Positions 1 through 10,268 are shown, counted from the first letter of the stretch. The stretch is 62,258 bases of DNA from an uncultured Planctomycetales bacterium (GCA_964556925.1 CAZKXY010000003.1:1-62258), one strand, 5' to 3'. Program-made: numbers and translations. Notes: generated by a model not told the origin, from the sequence alone.

Positions 1-140
1 GGCCCGTGACGTTCGTCCTCTAAGTCCTTCCAACCGGCGCACGTCTCAGGTTTCTCAGCTCCGTATAATGTCTTATAAGAACTCTTCTGTAAAATAACCT
101 GTTCTGGCACACCACCCAGCCGTTACAACAGTCTCCAGGA

Positions 141-1034
141 CTATTTAAGGGACGATTCAAAAAACGAAATCAGGCGGGATTGATATCCTTGAGGATCAAA
201 CGCGTAGCCTTCCAGATGGCCAGCTCCCGGCACAATCCAGAGGTCTTTCGGAGGCCCTGCCGCGGCGGCGATGGCCTGGGCACCCGCCACCGGCATCCGG
301 GGGTCTTCCGCCCCCTGAATCAACAGCAGCGGTCTGGGTGACAGCCGCGCCGCACTCGCCGTCGGCGACACCTGTCGCGGCCAGACCCCGAACCGCAGCC
401 GGTAGGTCGCCAGGATGAACCAAAGGAACGGCTGCCGCGGCAGCGCTGGATACATGAGCGCCAGATGCCGACCGAGGGAGTCCTCGAGATCGGTGTACGG
501 GCTGTCCACGGCGACCGCCCCCAACCGCTCGTCACGGGCGGCGACCAGCAGCGCCACCGCAGCCCCCATGGAGATGCCGTAGATCCCGTAGGGCTTCGGC
601 GGGATGTCCTGCTGCCCCAGGTAGGCCAGCGCCCCTTCCAGATCACGCTGCTCCCGCCAGCCAAAGGACGTCGCCAACCCGCCGCTTGCGCCATGTCCTC
701 GAAAGTCGAACAGAAAGAGGTTGAACCCAGCGGAACGGAGGGTGCTGGCGATATCCAGCAAGTCGGCCCGGTTGGCGCCCACCCCGTGGCAGATGAGAAT
801 CCACGGCCTGCCGGCCTCTCCAGGCAGCAGCCACCCCTCAAGGGACACGCCATCCGTGGCGGGAAACCGGACGGTCTCGGCGGGTGGCGGCGGGCTCATG
901 ATGATCGGAAGCCGCGGCAGGACGGTCTGCCGCAGAAAGAGGGTGGCGGCAAAGACCCACGCCCAGAAGACCAGCAGGAAGACAACTTCGATGACGATCA
1001 CGACCGGAGGGTAACCTGAAGGCGTTCGCCTCAC
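141..1034 (-). CDS. Alpha/beta hydrolase with N-terminal membrane anchor; exact start uncertain
   Basis: CHG oxyanion motif, FDFRGHG, nucleophile elbow GISMG, C-terminal GAGH; hydrophobic N-terminus. Confidence 0.85.
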   Translation of the reverse strand: MRRTPSGYPPVVIVIEVVFLLVFWAWVFAATLFLRQTVLPRLPIIMSPPPPAETVRFPATDGVSLEGWLLPGEAGRPWILICHGVGANRADLLDIASTLRSAGFNLFLFDFRGHGASGGLATSFGWREQRDLEGALAYLGQQDIPPKPYGIYGISMGAAVALLVAARDERLGAVAVDSPYTDLEDSLGRHLALMYPALPRQPFLWFILATYRLRFGVWPRQVSPTASAARLSPRPLLLIQGAEDPRMPVAGAQAIAAAAGPPKDLWIVPGAGHLEGYAFDPQGYQSRLISFFESSLK

Positions 1035-1393
1035 TTCACCACGCTGCCGGGCCGAATCGAGCGTTCCGGGCTGACCACGACGAGCGAGGAGCCGTCGGAG
1101 GCCGCAAGCACCATTCCCTGGCTCTCGACCCCCCGCAGCGTCGCGGGTTTGAGGTTCGCCACGACGACGACCTGCTTCCCGACCAGCTCGGCCGCTTGAT
1201 ACGATCCCTTGATGCCAGCCACGACTCTTCGCGGAGCGGCTTCGCCGATCTCCACGGTGAGCACGAGCAGACGGTCCGCATTCGGATGTTCAGCGGCCTC
1301 CACGATGGTCCCGGTGCGCAGGGCGAGTTTCTGGAAGTCCTCGAGGGACGCCTGGGCTGACGGGGTGGCGTCCTGTCCAGGCTGAGCCGTCAT
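1031..1393 (-). CDS. Stand-alone tRNA-binding OB-fold protein (Trbp111/CsaA/MetRS C-terminal-like)
   Basis: HPNADRLL, VVAGI, ANLKP..RGVESQGMVLAA motifs; start set at the ATG overlapping the ferredoxin stop (ATGA, 1390-1393). Confidence 0.9.
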   Translation of the reverse strand: MTAQPGQDATPSAQASLEDFQKLALRTGTIVEAAEHPNADRLLVLTVEIGEAAPRRVVAGIKGSYQAAELVGKQVVVVANLKPATLRGVESQGMVLAASDGSSLVVVSPERSIRPGSVVK

Positions 1394-1662
1394 GTCGCCG
1401 AAGGGGTCAGGAGGGGCGCTTCCTGCGGCGGAACCATCGTGATGGCATCCCACGGGCAAACCTTCTCGCAGAGCCAGCACCCGATGCACTTGGGCTGATC
1501 GATGATGCAGGTGGCGTTCAGGCCGGGATAGTCAGGCCCCGGCAGCTTGGAGATGCAGTCCACCGGGCAGACCGCGACGCACACTTCGCAGCCCGTGCAG
1601 CTGTCCGGGTTGATGAGCGCTTTGGGGCGCCCTTTTCGCGGCTGGGCGGTGGTCACGGCCAT
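1390..1662 (-). CDS. 2x[4Fe-4S] ferredoxin
   Basis: Two CxxCxxCxxxCP motifs. Confidence 0.9.
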   Translation of the reverse strand: MAVTTAQPRKGRPKALINPDSCTGCEVCVAVCPVDCISKLPGPDYPGLNATCIIDQPKCIGCWLCEKVCPWDAITMVPPQEAPLLTPSAT

Positions 1663-1676
1663 TCGGCAGGCGGCTG

Positions 1677-2120
1677 TTAGGCGCTCTTCAGGCGCTCGCT
1701 CACGAGTTGGCTGACGACCTTGCCGTCGGCGGCCCCCGCCGCCTTGCCCATCACGTACTTCATGATCTGCCCCTGGTTCGCGCCGACCGCCTGAACGGCT
1801 TCCTCAATCAAGCGCTTCACGTCAACGTCTGATAAGGCCTGCGGCAGGTAGGCGGTGAGGATCGCCAGCTCGGCATTGGCCTGGTCCAGCACATCCTGGC
1901 GGTTGCCGCGCTTCGCCGACTCGATCGTCTCGCGGCGCTGCTTGACCTGCTGGCCCAACACCTGGATGACCTCGGCGTCGTCCAGGCGCTCCTTGCGCTT
2001 GTCAATCGCCGAGCGCTGGATGCCGGCCTTGACGAGGCGCAACGTATCGACGCGCACCCGATCTCCGGCCTTCAGGGCGATCTTGTAATCCGCTTCCAAT
2101 CGTTCGGTGAGGATCGCCAT
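1677..2120 (-). CDS. yqeY: GatB/YqeY domain protein
   Basis: ALKAGD..R..TLR, QVKQRRETIE, AELAILTAYLP and G.IMK.VM motifs. Confidence 0.9.
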   Translation of the reverse strand: MAILTERLEADYKIALKAGDRVRVDTLRLVKAGIQRSAIDKRKERLDDAEVIQVLGQQVKQRRETIESAKRGNRQDVLDQANAELAILTAYLPQALSDVDVKRLIEEAVQAVGANQGQIMKYVMGKAAGAADGKVVSQLVSERLKSA

Positions 2121-2132
2121 TTCCGCTCTCCT

Positions 2133-2161
2133 AGTGTATCCAAGAGGCTCATCGCTTGCAA
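2133..2161 (-). promoter_or_regulatory. Sigma70-type promoter for yqeY operon
   Basis: TTGCAA (2161-2156), 17 bp, TACACT (2138-2133). Confidence 0.6.
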
Positions 2162-2261
2162 GTGACCCGACGCTCTTCCCTGCACCGCCTGGGAGGCCAA
2201 CAGGACGCCGATGATCGTGTTCGCGTCGCAGCTCGCGCGACGAGATGGACCCGCGCTGACA

Positions 2262-3173
2262 TCAGCTCACGTAGCCGAGCTGGCGGAGCATCCGCTCGTC
2301 CTGTCGCCACTGCGGAGCGACTTTCACCCACAGCCCCAGGTACACCTTGCGTCCGACGAGCCGCTCGATCTGGCGGCGCGCCTCCTGGCCGATCTGCTTG
2401 AGCATCGCCCCGCCCCGCCCGATTAGGATGGCTTTCTGGCCCGGGCGCTCGACAAGAATCGTCGCCTGGATGGTGACGAGCTGTTCGCCGTGCTCAAGGG
2501 CGTCGATCAGCACGGCGACCGCATGAGGAACCTCCTGGTGCGTGGCCAGCAGGGCCTGTTCCCGGACGAGCTCGCCGATCAACTGACGCGTGGTCTGGTC
2601 CGTCCGCTGGCCCGGCTCATACCAGCGCGGACCTTCCGGCAACAGGCTCACGAGGCGCTCCAGCAGCAGCGGCATCTGATCGCCGGTCCGCGCGGACACC
2701 GGGATCGCCTCTGCAAACAGGCGGGTCTTCGCGCAGGCCTCCAGGATGGGCAGCAGCCTCGGCTTCTTGACGAGGTCGATTTTGTTGATCGCGACGAGCG
2801 CCGGCCGCTTGGCCTGCCGGAGCCGGCCGAACACCCGCTCATCGTCGGGCGTGATGCCGGCGCGCGCGTCGATGACCGCGACGAGGACGTCCGCTTCTTC
2901 CACCACCGCGTGGGCGGCCTTCAGCATCGACCGGCCGAGGGCGTGCTCCGGCCTGTGGAACCCCGGCGTGTCGAGGAACAACACCTGCGCATCCGCGCGC
3001 GTCAGCACCCCGAGGAGGCGCGTCCGCGTCGTCTGCGGCCGGGGCGAGACAATCGCGAGCTTCTCGCCGAGGAAATAGTTGAGGAGGGTGGACTTTCCGA
3101 CGTTAGGACGGCCGATGATGCCGACGACGCCCGATCGGTAGCTCGGACTCAGCCGCCCAGATAGCGGGGTCAT
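2262..3173 (-). CDS. era: GTPase Era
   Basis: GRPNVGKST, QTTR, DTPG, NKID, KH domain with LGLWVKV; ATGA overlap with polX stop. Confidence 0.97.
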   Translation of the reverse strand: MTPLSGRLSPSYRSGVVGIIGRPNVGKSTLLNYFLGEKLAIVSPRPQTTRTRLLGVLTRADAQVLFLDTPGFHRPEHALGRSMLKAAHAVVEEADVLVAVIDARAGITPDDERVFGRLRQAKRPALVAINKIDLVKKPRLLPILEACAKTRLFAEAIPVSARTGDQMPLLLERLVSLLPEGPRWYEPGQRTDQTTRQLIGELVREQALLATHQEVPHAVAVLIDALEHGEQLVTIQATILVERPGQKAILIGRGGAMLKQIGQEARRQIERLVGRKVYLGLWVKVAPQWRQDERMLRQLGYVS

Positions 3174-4909
3174 CGCCGCGTCAAGCGGCGCCGCTTCTGC
3201 GCGATCCACATATGGAGCTGCTCGCGGGAGAAACAGTTGAGGAGGTGCCTCGGCCCCGCCCACGCGCGCCGCGCCACCCCGAGGCCGATGGCCATGTTGT
3301 CGAGCTGGTCTCGCGCATGGGTGTCGGTCGAAATGGCCAGCATGGCGCCGGCGTCCTTGGCCTGCCGGGCGGCGGTGTCGCAGAGGTCGAGCCGCTTGGG
3401 GTAGGCGTTGATCTCCAGCGCCGTCTGGGTCTCCTGGGCCGCCTTGTAGACCGCGTCGAGGTCAACCGGAGAGGCGTCGCGCTGGCCCATCAGGCGGCCG
3501 GTCGGGTGCGCGATCAGCGTCACGTAGGGATTGCGCATGGCGGTGATGAGGCGCCTCGTCAACATCGCTTCGCCCTGCGTCAATCCCGAGTGGATCGAGC
3601 CGATGACAAAATCCAGTTGGGCCAGCACCTGATCGGGGTAGTCGAGTCGTCCCTCGGCCAGGATATCCACCTCAGCGCCCATGAGCAGGCGGAAGCGCGT
3701 GAAGCGCCTGTTCAGCGCGCGGATCTTCGCCATCTGCTGCCGCAGCCGATCCACAGACATCCCATGGGCGACTTTCAGCGAGGGCGAGTGGTCGCAGATG
3801 GCCAGGTACTGGTAGCCACGCGCCTCCCCCAGCCGGGCGAGATCCTCCAATCGGTCGCTGCCGTCCGACCACGTGGTGTGGATGTGGAAATCCCCCCGGA
3901 TGTCCTCCGCCTCGACCAGCCGTGGCAGCCGGCCGGCCTTGGCCGCTTCGATCTCGCCGGTATCTTCCCGGAGCTCCGGGGGGATCCATCGCAGTCCCAA
4001 CACCCGGTAGACGTCAGCCTCTTCCCTGCCCGCGAGCCAGGCGTTGGCCCTGGCGCGAAACACCCCATACTCGTTGACCTTCAACCCCTGGCGGACCGCC
4101 AGCTCCCTCAAGTGGACGTTGTGCTCTTTCGAACCGGTGAAATACTGGAGCGCGGCCCCGAAACTCTTTGGCGCCACGACCCGCAGGTCCACCTGGAGAC
4201 CCTCGGGCGTTAGGATCGAGGCCTTCGTCGTGCCGGCCGCCAGCACCCGCGCGCAAAATCGGGACGCCTGGAGGGCCTGCATCACCCGGGGCGGATGCGT
4301 GGACGCCGCGAGGAGATCCAAGTCCCCGATGGTTTCCTTCATCCGCCGCAGGCTGCCGGCGGTTGACACCCGGCTCACCCCGGACACCTTCCGCAACAGC
4401 GCCAGCAGCTCATGGGCCAGCGCGAGGGCGATCCCCAAGTGCATCCGCTCGCGGCCGCGTTTGACCACGGCGATCCCTTTGAGGAGGTTGTCCTCCCTCT
4501 TCGCCTGGAAGCCCGGCAGGCCGCGCAGGCGGTGACGGCGCGCCGCGTCTTCCAACTCGCTGACACTGGCAATCCGCAGCCGCTCGGTGAGCAGCTTGGC
4601 CGTCTTCGGACCCAAGCCGGGCACTTCGAGCAGCTCCAACACCCCGCGCGGGATCATGCGTTGAACCTGCTCAATCGCCGCGATGGCCCCGGTCTTCAGG
4701 TACTCGGCGATCTTGTCAGCGAGATCGGCGCCGATGCCGGAGAGCTCCGTGAGCCTGCCCTCCGCCGCAAGGCGTTCCAGATCCCCGCTGAAGCTCTCCA
4801 GGTTCTGCGCGGCGCGCCGATAGGCCCGAATCCGAAACGGGTTCTCCCCGCGGTATTCCAACAGGTCGGCCATCTGCGCGAAGAGCGTGGCGATCTCGTG
4901 CTGCTTCAT
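3170..4909 (-). CDS. polX: DNA polymerase X / PHP 3'-5' exonuclease
   Basis: ENPFRIRAY, GSLRR.KETIGDLD, YFTGSKEHN, PHP HIHTTWSDG; ORF-track extension to 5035 is repeat sequence. Confidence 0.95.
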   Translation of the reverse strand: MKQHEIATLFAQMADLLEYRGENPFRIRAYRRAAQNLESFSGDLERLAAEGRLTELSGIGADLADKIAEYLKTGAIAAIEQVQRMIPRGVLELLEVPGLGPKTAKLLTERLRIASVSELEDAARRHRLRGLPGFQAKREDNLLKGIAVVKRGRERMHLGIALALAHELLALLRKVSGVSRVSTAGSLRRMKETIGDLDLLAASTHPPRVMQALQASRFCARVLAAGTTKASILTPEGLQVDLRVVAPKSFGAALQYFTGSKEHNVHLRELAVRQGLKVNEYGVFRARANAWLAGREEADVYRVLGLRWIPPELREDTGEIEAAKAGRLPRLVEAEDIRGDFHIHTTWSDGSDRLEDLARLGEARGYQYLAICDHSPSLKVAHGMSVDRLRQQMAKIRALNRRFTRFRLLMGAEVDILAEGRLDYPDQVLAQLDFVIGSIHSGLTQGEAMLTRRLITAMRNPYVTLIAHPTGRLMGQRDASPVDLDAVYKAAQETQTALEINAYPKRLDLCDTAARQAKDAGAMLAISTDTHARDQLDNMAIGLGVARRAWAGPRHLLNCFSREQLHMWIAQKRRRLTRR

Positions 4910-5049
4910 CCCACTACCTGCCGGTGTCCCGCCCCGCCAAGGGCGTGGCGGGACGGCCAGCCCCCACAGTCGTCCGCGGCCCGCTGGCCCGGCGGCGCCT
5001 CGATGCGGAGGGGCGGCACGCGCCGCCTGCAGCAAGTAGATGGGATCAT
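4906..5049. repeat. Family A palindromic element A1 (136 bp between two ATGA)
   Basis: Minus strand: ATGA-TCCCATCTACTTGC...GCAGGTAGTGGG-ATGA; left TGA is the MFS stop, right ATG is the polX start. Confidence 0.9.
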
Positions 5050-6242
5050 CCCGTCACCGCGCGAGGATCCGGAACCCGGCGCAACAGGAGGACGCCGATG
5101 ACCAGCAAGCCCATCATGGCCCCGATCGCCTCCTGATAGCGGGACGCCTCCGACACCAACAGCCCCCACAGCAAGGGGCCCAGGATCGAGGAGACGCGGG
5201 CGAAGAACCCCGCCAACCCGAACAACTCGGCGAGCTGGCCTTTGGGGGACAGCTGGACAATGAGCACGCGAGACGTCGCCCACGTCGAGCCCAGGCAAAA
5301 CCCAATGAGCGGCCCGGCAATCCAGAGCCAGGCGGCCGTCGGGCGGATGAGCAGGATGGCGAGGGCCGCGATCCATCCCAGCCAAATCCACGTCAAGGTC
5401 GACTTGGCCCCCCATCGGGCCGTCAGCCGCCCGAATACCAAGGAGCCAGCGACAGCGAAGATCTGACTGAACACGAAGAACCGGATCAGGTCGGCCTCCG
5501 TCATGCCGATGACCTTCTTCGTATAGACCCCCATGAACACCAGCACGGTATTGATGGCGTTGAGGCTGAAGAACGCGGCCCAGAAATACCGCCAGAGGCC
5601 GGCGAGCGCTCTCGCGGACCGGAGGGTCATGGCCAACCGGAGCGCCGCCACCCGCAGCGCCGTGCCCAGGGGCACCCGCTGGCGGGCATCCGGGGCCTCA
5701 CGAATGAGGAGGAAGCTGGGTAGCGCGAACAGCAAGAAGAACACGGCAGAGGGGATGAACGCGGCGTGATGCCCTCCCGCCTTGACGAACGGCCAGAGCA
5801 GGAGCAGTCCTAACGCGCTTCCCAGGTAGCCGAACGAGGCGCCGACCCCTGAGGTCTGACCCAGGCGGTTCGGATCCGTCACGGTCCAGAGCAACGCATC
5901 GTAAAACACCGTGCCAAGCTGATAGCACACGTTCGCCACCGCGAACAACCCAAGCCCAAGGCCGAGATGCGACGTGGACCCAATGGCGATGGTCGCCGCG
6001 ACACAGCCGTAGGTGGTCCAGCGGAGAAACCGGACCCGCTCCCCGGTGGCATCGGAGACCGCCCCGCAGAACGGCATCAAGATCCCGACGCAGATCATGG
6101 ACACGCCCAAGGCCACGCTGTACGAGAGCTCGGGCGCGCCGCGATCCTCGACGACCCAGAGGGGGAAGTAGAACGACAACATCGCGACGGCGAAAAAGGT
6201 GTTGGCGAGGTCGAACAGGGCCCAGGCGAGCACCCGGCCCAT
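5046..6242 (-). CDS. MFS transporter (UMF1/Atg22-like)
   Basis: AWALFDLANTFF start motif, about 12 hydrophobic segments. Confidence 0.9.
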   Translation of the reverse strand: MGRVLAWALFDLANTFFAVAMLSFYFPLWVVEDRGAPELSYSVALGVSMICVGILMPFCGAVSDATGERVRFLRWTTYGCVAATIAIGSTSHLGLGLGLFAVANVCYQLGTVFYDALLWTVTDPNRLGQTSGVGASFGYLGSALGLLLLWPFVKAGGHHAAFIPSAVFFLLFALPSFLLIREAPDARQRVPLGTALRVAALRLAMTLRSARALAGLWRYFWAAFFSLNAINTVLVFMGVYTKKVIGMTEADLIRFFVFSQIFAVAGSLVFGRLTARWGAKSTLTWIWLGWIAALAILLIRPTAAWLWIAGPLIGFCLGSTWATSRVLIVQLSPKGQLAELFGLAGFFARVSSILGPLLWGLLVSEASRYQEAIGAMMGLLVIGVLLLRRVPDPRAVTG

Positions 6243-7480
6243 CACGCAGAGGGACCGCTGAGAAACTCCGGAAGCCACTCCAGCCAGCGGGTTTCCAGTT
6301 TGGGCAGTTTCAGGCGAAGTTCATCGGCCAGTGCCGCCTCCCACGGCGTGCCTTCGGCAATCCCCTTCAGGATCCGTCGGAGGCGCCAGAATCCGTACCG
6401 ACCCACCAGGTAAGTGACGATGCTGTAGGACTGCTCATACGCCAGACCGACCTCTTCCGCCGGCAGGGCGGTCGAGATGTGGTCGGACAGCTCGCGCCAC
6501 GGAATCAGGTGGTTGGCCTGGTGAGCGCGCGCCAGCAACTGCACGGAGCCGCGCAGCTGCGTTCGGCCCTCATACTCTGCCAGCCCCTCGTTCAGCCACG
6601 ACGGACATCTCCCCTTCGCCACGTCGTGGACCAGGGCGTGGGTGTACTCATGAAACAGGATCTGCTTGACCGTCGCTTGGTCGAGCTGCGCGCTGGGCAG
6701 CGGCACCCGGATTTTGCCGTCGAATTGGCCGGCCACCCAGTCCGGCGTCTCCTGGCGCAGGGCGCGGAAGTGCTCGGCGCTATAGATGAGAACGACGAGC
6801 TTGTGCTTCGGCCAATAGGCAAAGTCTGATCCGACGTGGCGACGGGCCTGCAGCAGCGCGTCCCGCACGTCGAAGCCGACCGGCCGCTCCAGGTGCTCCT
6901 CGTACCGCAGGTCGAAAAACGCCTGGGACAGCCGCTCGAACTTGGACTCAATCGGCAGCTCCTGCCTGACGCGCGCCAGCCGCTCCACGAGGCCATCCTG
7001 GCTCGGATCCAGCTCGGCCGCCCGCTCCCACGAGGCCTTCGCCTCTTTCAGCTGTTGCTTCTCGTACTGGATCTCGCCAAGCATGGCATACGCCTGAGGC
7101 AGGTTCGGATTCAACTCAATCGTTTCCTCCAGCGCCCCCAGGGCGGTTGTCAGATCGTGCCGCTGGATCGCTTCATGGGCTTGATTCAAACGGATGTTGG
7201 CCAGGTTCATCCGGAACTGCTCGCTCTCCCCGTCAAGCCGGATCGCCTCCTGCATCTGCTGCGCGGCAAGCCCCCACTGGCCCTGGTTGCCCAGGCTGAC
7301 GCCATAGTTGTTGTAGGCGATTGCGAGCTGCTGGCGAGTGTGGGCGTGGCCCGGCCGCTCGTACACCTGCTGGCGCAGCCGGCTGATCGTCTCGGGCCAA
7401 TTGGGGTCTTCTTCCGCTGCCGGGGCCGATGCGGCCACGCAGGTGGCGAGGAGGACCGCCATCCATCCAATCCGCTTCAT
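6242..7480 (-). CDS. Secreted TPR-repeat protein with peptidase MA-like (gluzincin) domain
   Basis: Signal peptide, TPR-like repeats, HEYTH zinc motif followed by WLNEGLAEY. Confidence 0.85.
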   Translation of the reverse strand: MKRIGWMAVLLATCVAASAPAAEEDPNWPETISRLRQQVYERPGHAHTRQQLAIAYNNYGVSLGNQGQWGLAAQQMQEAIRLDGESEQFRMNLANIRLNQAHEAIQRHDLTTALGALEETIELNPNLPQAYAMLGEIQYEKQQLKEAKASWERAAELDPSQDGLVERLARVRQELPIESKFERLSQAFFDLRYEEHLERPVGFDVRDALLQARRHVGSDFAYWPKHKLVVLIYSAEHFRALRQETPDWVAGQFDGKIRVPLPSAQLDQATVKQILFHEYTHALVHDVAKGRCPSWLNEGLAEYEGRTQLRGSVQLLARAHQANHLIPWRELSDHISTALPAEEVGLAYEQSYSIVTYLVGRYGFWRLRRILKGIAEGTPWEAALADELRLKLPKLETRWLEWLPEFLSGPSA

Positions 7481-8334
7481 GATGTCCCTGCCCCCTGGGG
7501 GGGCAGCACCCACTCGCTGACCAGCCGGAGCACGTCGCCGTTGACGTCCTCATGATGCAGCTCATGGTAGGCGTGGGGAAATTTCACGCAGCGCGTGGGG
7601 CCTGGCACGCGCGCCAGCCAGCGTTCCGCCGCCTCAACGGAGACGATCCGATCCTCGCCGCCACAGAGCAGGAGCACCGGCTGCCGCACGGTGGCCGCCC
7701 GCGCAAGCGCCTCGTCTCTGGCTCGAAGGGTCTCGTGATAGGCCCGCGCGGTCATCCAATGGTGCACCAGCGGGTCGCGCTGGTACGCCTGCACGACCGC
7801 GGGATCATGGCTGAGCCGATGGACGTCGAGGTTCATGGAGAACGCGCATCGCGGCCAGAGGACCGCGCAGCACGCCGCGCCGGCGGCCTCCCACCAGGGG
7901 ATGGGGAATCCCACCTCCAGCAACGGGGACTGCACGATGAGCCGATCCACAGCGGCCGGGTGCTCCAACGCCCACTGGATGGCCACGAGCCCGCCGAAGC
8001 TGTGCCCGAAGAGCGCGTACCGCGTCATCCCAGCGTGTGGCACGAACACCGCCTGCGCCAACGCCGAGAGGTGTTGGACCAGCCGTTTCAGCGATGGGAG
8101 GTCTCCCCGCTGGCCGCCGGAGCGCCCGTGTCCCCATAAATCCGGGGCGGCGACACAGATCCCTTGCCGCGCGAGGGCCGTGGCAAAGGGGCCATACCGC
8201 CCTGCGTGCTCGCCGAAGCCGTGCACGAGGACCACGAGCGCCCTCGTCGCGTCCGGGTGCCAGATCCGGTAGGCATAGGTCGACGCAGAGGAGGGCGCAG
8301 TCCAGTGGCCTTCCCGCGAGGCGACGTCGCTCAT
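7477..8334 (-). CDS. Lysophospholipase / monoglyceride lipase-like alpha/beta hydrolase
   Basis: VHGFGEHAGRY, DLWGHGRS, GHSFGG, HELHHE; resembles PldB-type hydrolases. Confidence 0.9.
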   Translation of the reverse strand: MSDVASREGHWTAPSSASTYAYRIWHPDATRALVVLVHGFGEHAGRYGPFATALARQGICVAAPDLWGHGRSGGQRGDLPSLKRLVQHLSALAQAVFVPHAGMTRYALFGHSFGGLVAIQWALEHPAAVDRLIVQSPLLEVGFPIPWWEAAGAACCAVLWPRCAFSMNLDVHRLSHDPAVVQAYQRDPLVHHWMTARAYHETLRARDEALARAATVRQPVLLLCGGEDRIVSVEAAERWLARVPGPTRCVKFPHAYHELHHEDVNGDVLRLVSEWVLPPQGAGTS

Positions 8335-8462
8335 CCCACACCCTGCCGCTGTCCGCCGGAGGCGGACGGCCAGCCCCCATGGATGTTCGCTGCGCCGCTG
8401 GCCCGGCGGCGCCTGGACGGGTGCCTGCGGCATGCGCCGCCTCCGGCAGGTTGTGGGATCAT
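8331..8462. repeat. Family A element A2 (124 bp between two ATGA)
   Basis: ATGA-TCCCACAACCTGCCGG...GCAGGGTGTGGG-ATGA; spans fadD stop to hydrolase start. Confidence 0.9.
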
Positions 8463-10255
8463 CCCGCGGAGGGTTCGTACAACCCCTGCAGCAGCGCCGC
8501 ATATCGCTGCGCGATGATCGACCGCTTCGCCTTCAACGTCGGCGTCAGCTCGCCGGTCGCCTGGGAAAACTCCTGATCGAGCACGGCGATTTTCTTCACC
8601 TGCTCAAAGCTTGGCAATCCCTGCTGCTTGGCCTGGACCCGCTCCCAATAGAAGGCGGCCACGCGGGGGTCCCGCACCAGCTCGGGCAGCGCCCTGCCGG
8701 GGATTTCCTGCTCCAGCGCGAAGCGGCGCAACCGCTCGGTGTTCGGCACGATCAGCGCCACGCAGTACGGCCGGCGGTCCCCGTAGACGAACGCCTGGCT
8801 GATATACGGATCGGCGATCAACAGATTTTCCAACTTCTGTGGGGCGACGAACTTTCCGCCCGCGGTCTTGAGCAGGTCTTTCTTCCGGTCGGTGATCGCG
8901 AGGCGGCCATCCTCGTCGAGATGGCCGATGTCCCCGGTATGGAACCATCCCTCGCTCATCACCGCGGCGGTCTGCTCAGGTTTCTGGTAGTAGCCCTGCA
9001 TGACATGGGGCCCCCGCGTGAGGATTTCCCCGTCCTCGGCGATCCGGACCTCCACCCCCGGCACCGGATGCCCCACGGTGCCGAATCGCGGGCGGGAGGG
9101 GTCATTGGCGGCGATCACCGGGGAGGTCTCGGTCAGCCCATAGCCCTCGGCGATGGTCACGCCGACGCGATAAAAAAACTCCCCAATGGACGGCGCAAGC
9201 GGCGCGCCCCCCGAGACGAAAAACCGCAGCCGTCCCCCCAGGCGCGCCCTGAGCTTCCGGAAGACCAGCGCATGCGCCAGCTGTCCCTGCACGTGCAGGC
9301 GCAGGGGAACCGGTTGATCGGCCAACCGCTTGGCGGCGATCGCCTGCCCGACGCGCAGCGCCCATTCTGCGATGCGGCGCTTCGCGGCAGGCGCCTGGCG
9401 GACCCCGTCCTGGATGCGCGCAGCGAGCTTCTCAAAAAACCGCGGCACAGCCAGCATGATGGTGGGGCGCGCCGCCAGCATGTCCTGGGGGATCGTGTCC
9501 ATGCTCTCCGCATACGCCACGGCCGCCCCCACGGAGAGCATGAGGTACCACCCGCCCATGCGCTCGAACACGTGCGACAAGGGCAGGAAGGACAGATGCC
9601 GGTCCGCCCCGGTGATCTGGAAGACCTGCAGGCAGGCGGCGACGTTGGAGAGGAAGTTCTGATGGGAGAGCATGACGCCTTTGGGCTCCCCGGTCGTCCC
9701 GGACGTGTAAATGATCGTCGCCGTGTCGTGAGGGCGCACCTGGCGCAGCCGGCGCTCGAAGAAATCGCGCAGCTTCGGTCCCTGCTCCCTCCCCTTGGCG
9801 AGCGCGTCCGACCAGCCCAGGACCAGCGCGTGATGGTGCTGGGTCGGCTCCATGACAATCAGCTGCCGGATCGAGGAGGACTGCCGGCTGACCTCGATGA
9901 GCTTGGCCGCTTGCTCGGAGGTTGAGGCGATGCCGATCGACGGCTGGCAATCCCGGCAGATGAGCCGGATCTCCGGCACGGTCAGGCTGGGATAGATCGG
10001 CACCGTCCACGCCCCCACGGCCTGAATCGCCAGGTCGGCCACGCCCCACTCCGGGCGGTTCTCTGACAGGAGGAGGACCCGGTCGCCGGGGTTGACCTGG
10101 AGGGACAGGAGGTGCGTGCTGAGGGCGCGGACAGCCTCGGCAGCCTCTCGCCAGCTCGTGGGACGGAAGCCCCCCGCCCGCTTGGCGAAGAACAGCGGCT
10201 TGCGGCCCAAGGCCTCGGCCTGCCGGAAAAAGAGCGCGGGGATCGTCTCGCTCAT
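8459..10255 (-). CDS. fadD: Long-chain fatty acid-CoA ligase
   Basis: YTSGTTGEPKG, GYGLTE, GWFHTGDIG, DRKKDL. Confidence 0.93.
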   Translation of the reverse strand: MSETIPALFFRQAEALGRKPLFFAKRAGGFRPTSWREAAEAVRALSTHLLSLQVNPGDRVLLLSENRPEWGVADLAIQAVGAWTVPIYPSLTVPEIRLICRDCQPSIGIASTSEQAAKLIEVSRQSSSIRQLIVMEPTQHHHALVLGWSDALAKGREQGPKLRDFFERRLRQVRPHDTATIIYTSGTTGEPKGVMLSHQNFLSNVAACLQVFQITGADRHLSFLPLSHVFERMGGWYLMLSVGAAVAYAESMDTIPQDMLAARPTIMLAVPRFFEKLAARIQDGVRQAPAAKRRIAEWALRVGQAIAAKRLADQPVPLRLHVQGQLAHALVFRKLRARLGGRLRFFVSGGAPLAPSIGEFFYRVGVTIAEGYGLTETSPVIAANDPSRPRFGTVGHPVPGVEVRIAEDGEILTRGPHVMQGYYQKPEQTAAVMSEGWFHTGDIGHLDEDGRLAITDRKKDLLKTAGGKFVAPQKLENLLIADPYISQAFVYGDRRPYCVALIVPNTERLRRFALEQEIPGRALPELVRDPRVAAFYWERVQAKQQGLPSFEQVKKIAVLDQEFSQATGELTPTLKAKRSIIAQRYAALLQGLYEPSAG

Positions 10256-10268
10256 GCCCACCCGCCCG

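Noticed and set aside
55-240. AT-rich window start with TATAAT at 64-69, and low-GC end of the first hydrolase gene
   Set aside because: No matching -35, and context to the left is missing; cannot distinguish a promoter from an island edge.
2149-2331. 60-aa ORF or structured RNA between era and yqeY
   Set aside because: No motif, overlaps era and the yqeY promoter; only a short hairpin (about 2225-2243) is visible.
4910-5035. Long N-terminal extensions in the ORF track (polX, lysophospholipase, hydratase, pilZ, aroB, NTPase, trpG, nth)
   Set aside because: They run through GC-rich repeats that lack stops; recognisable protein sequence begins at the downstream ATG.
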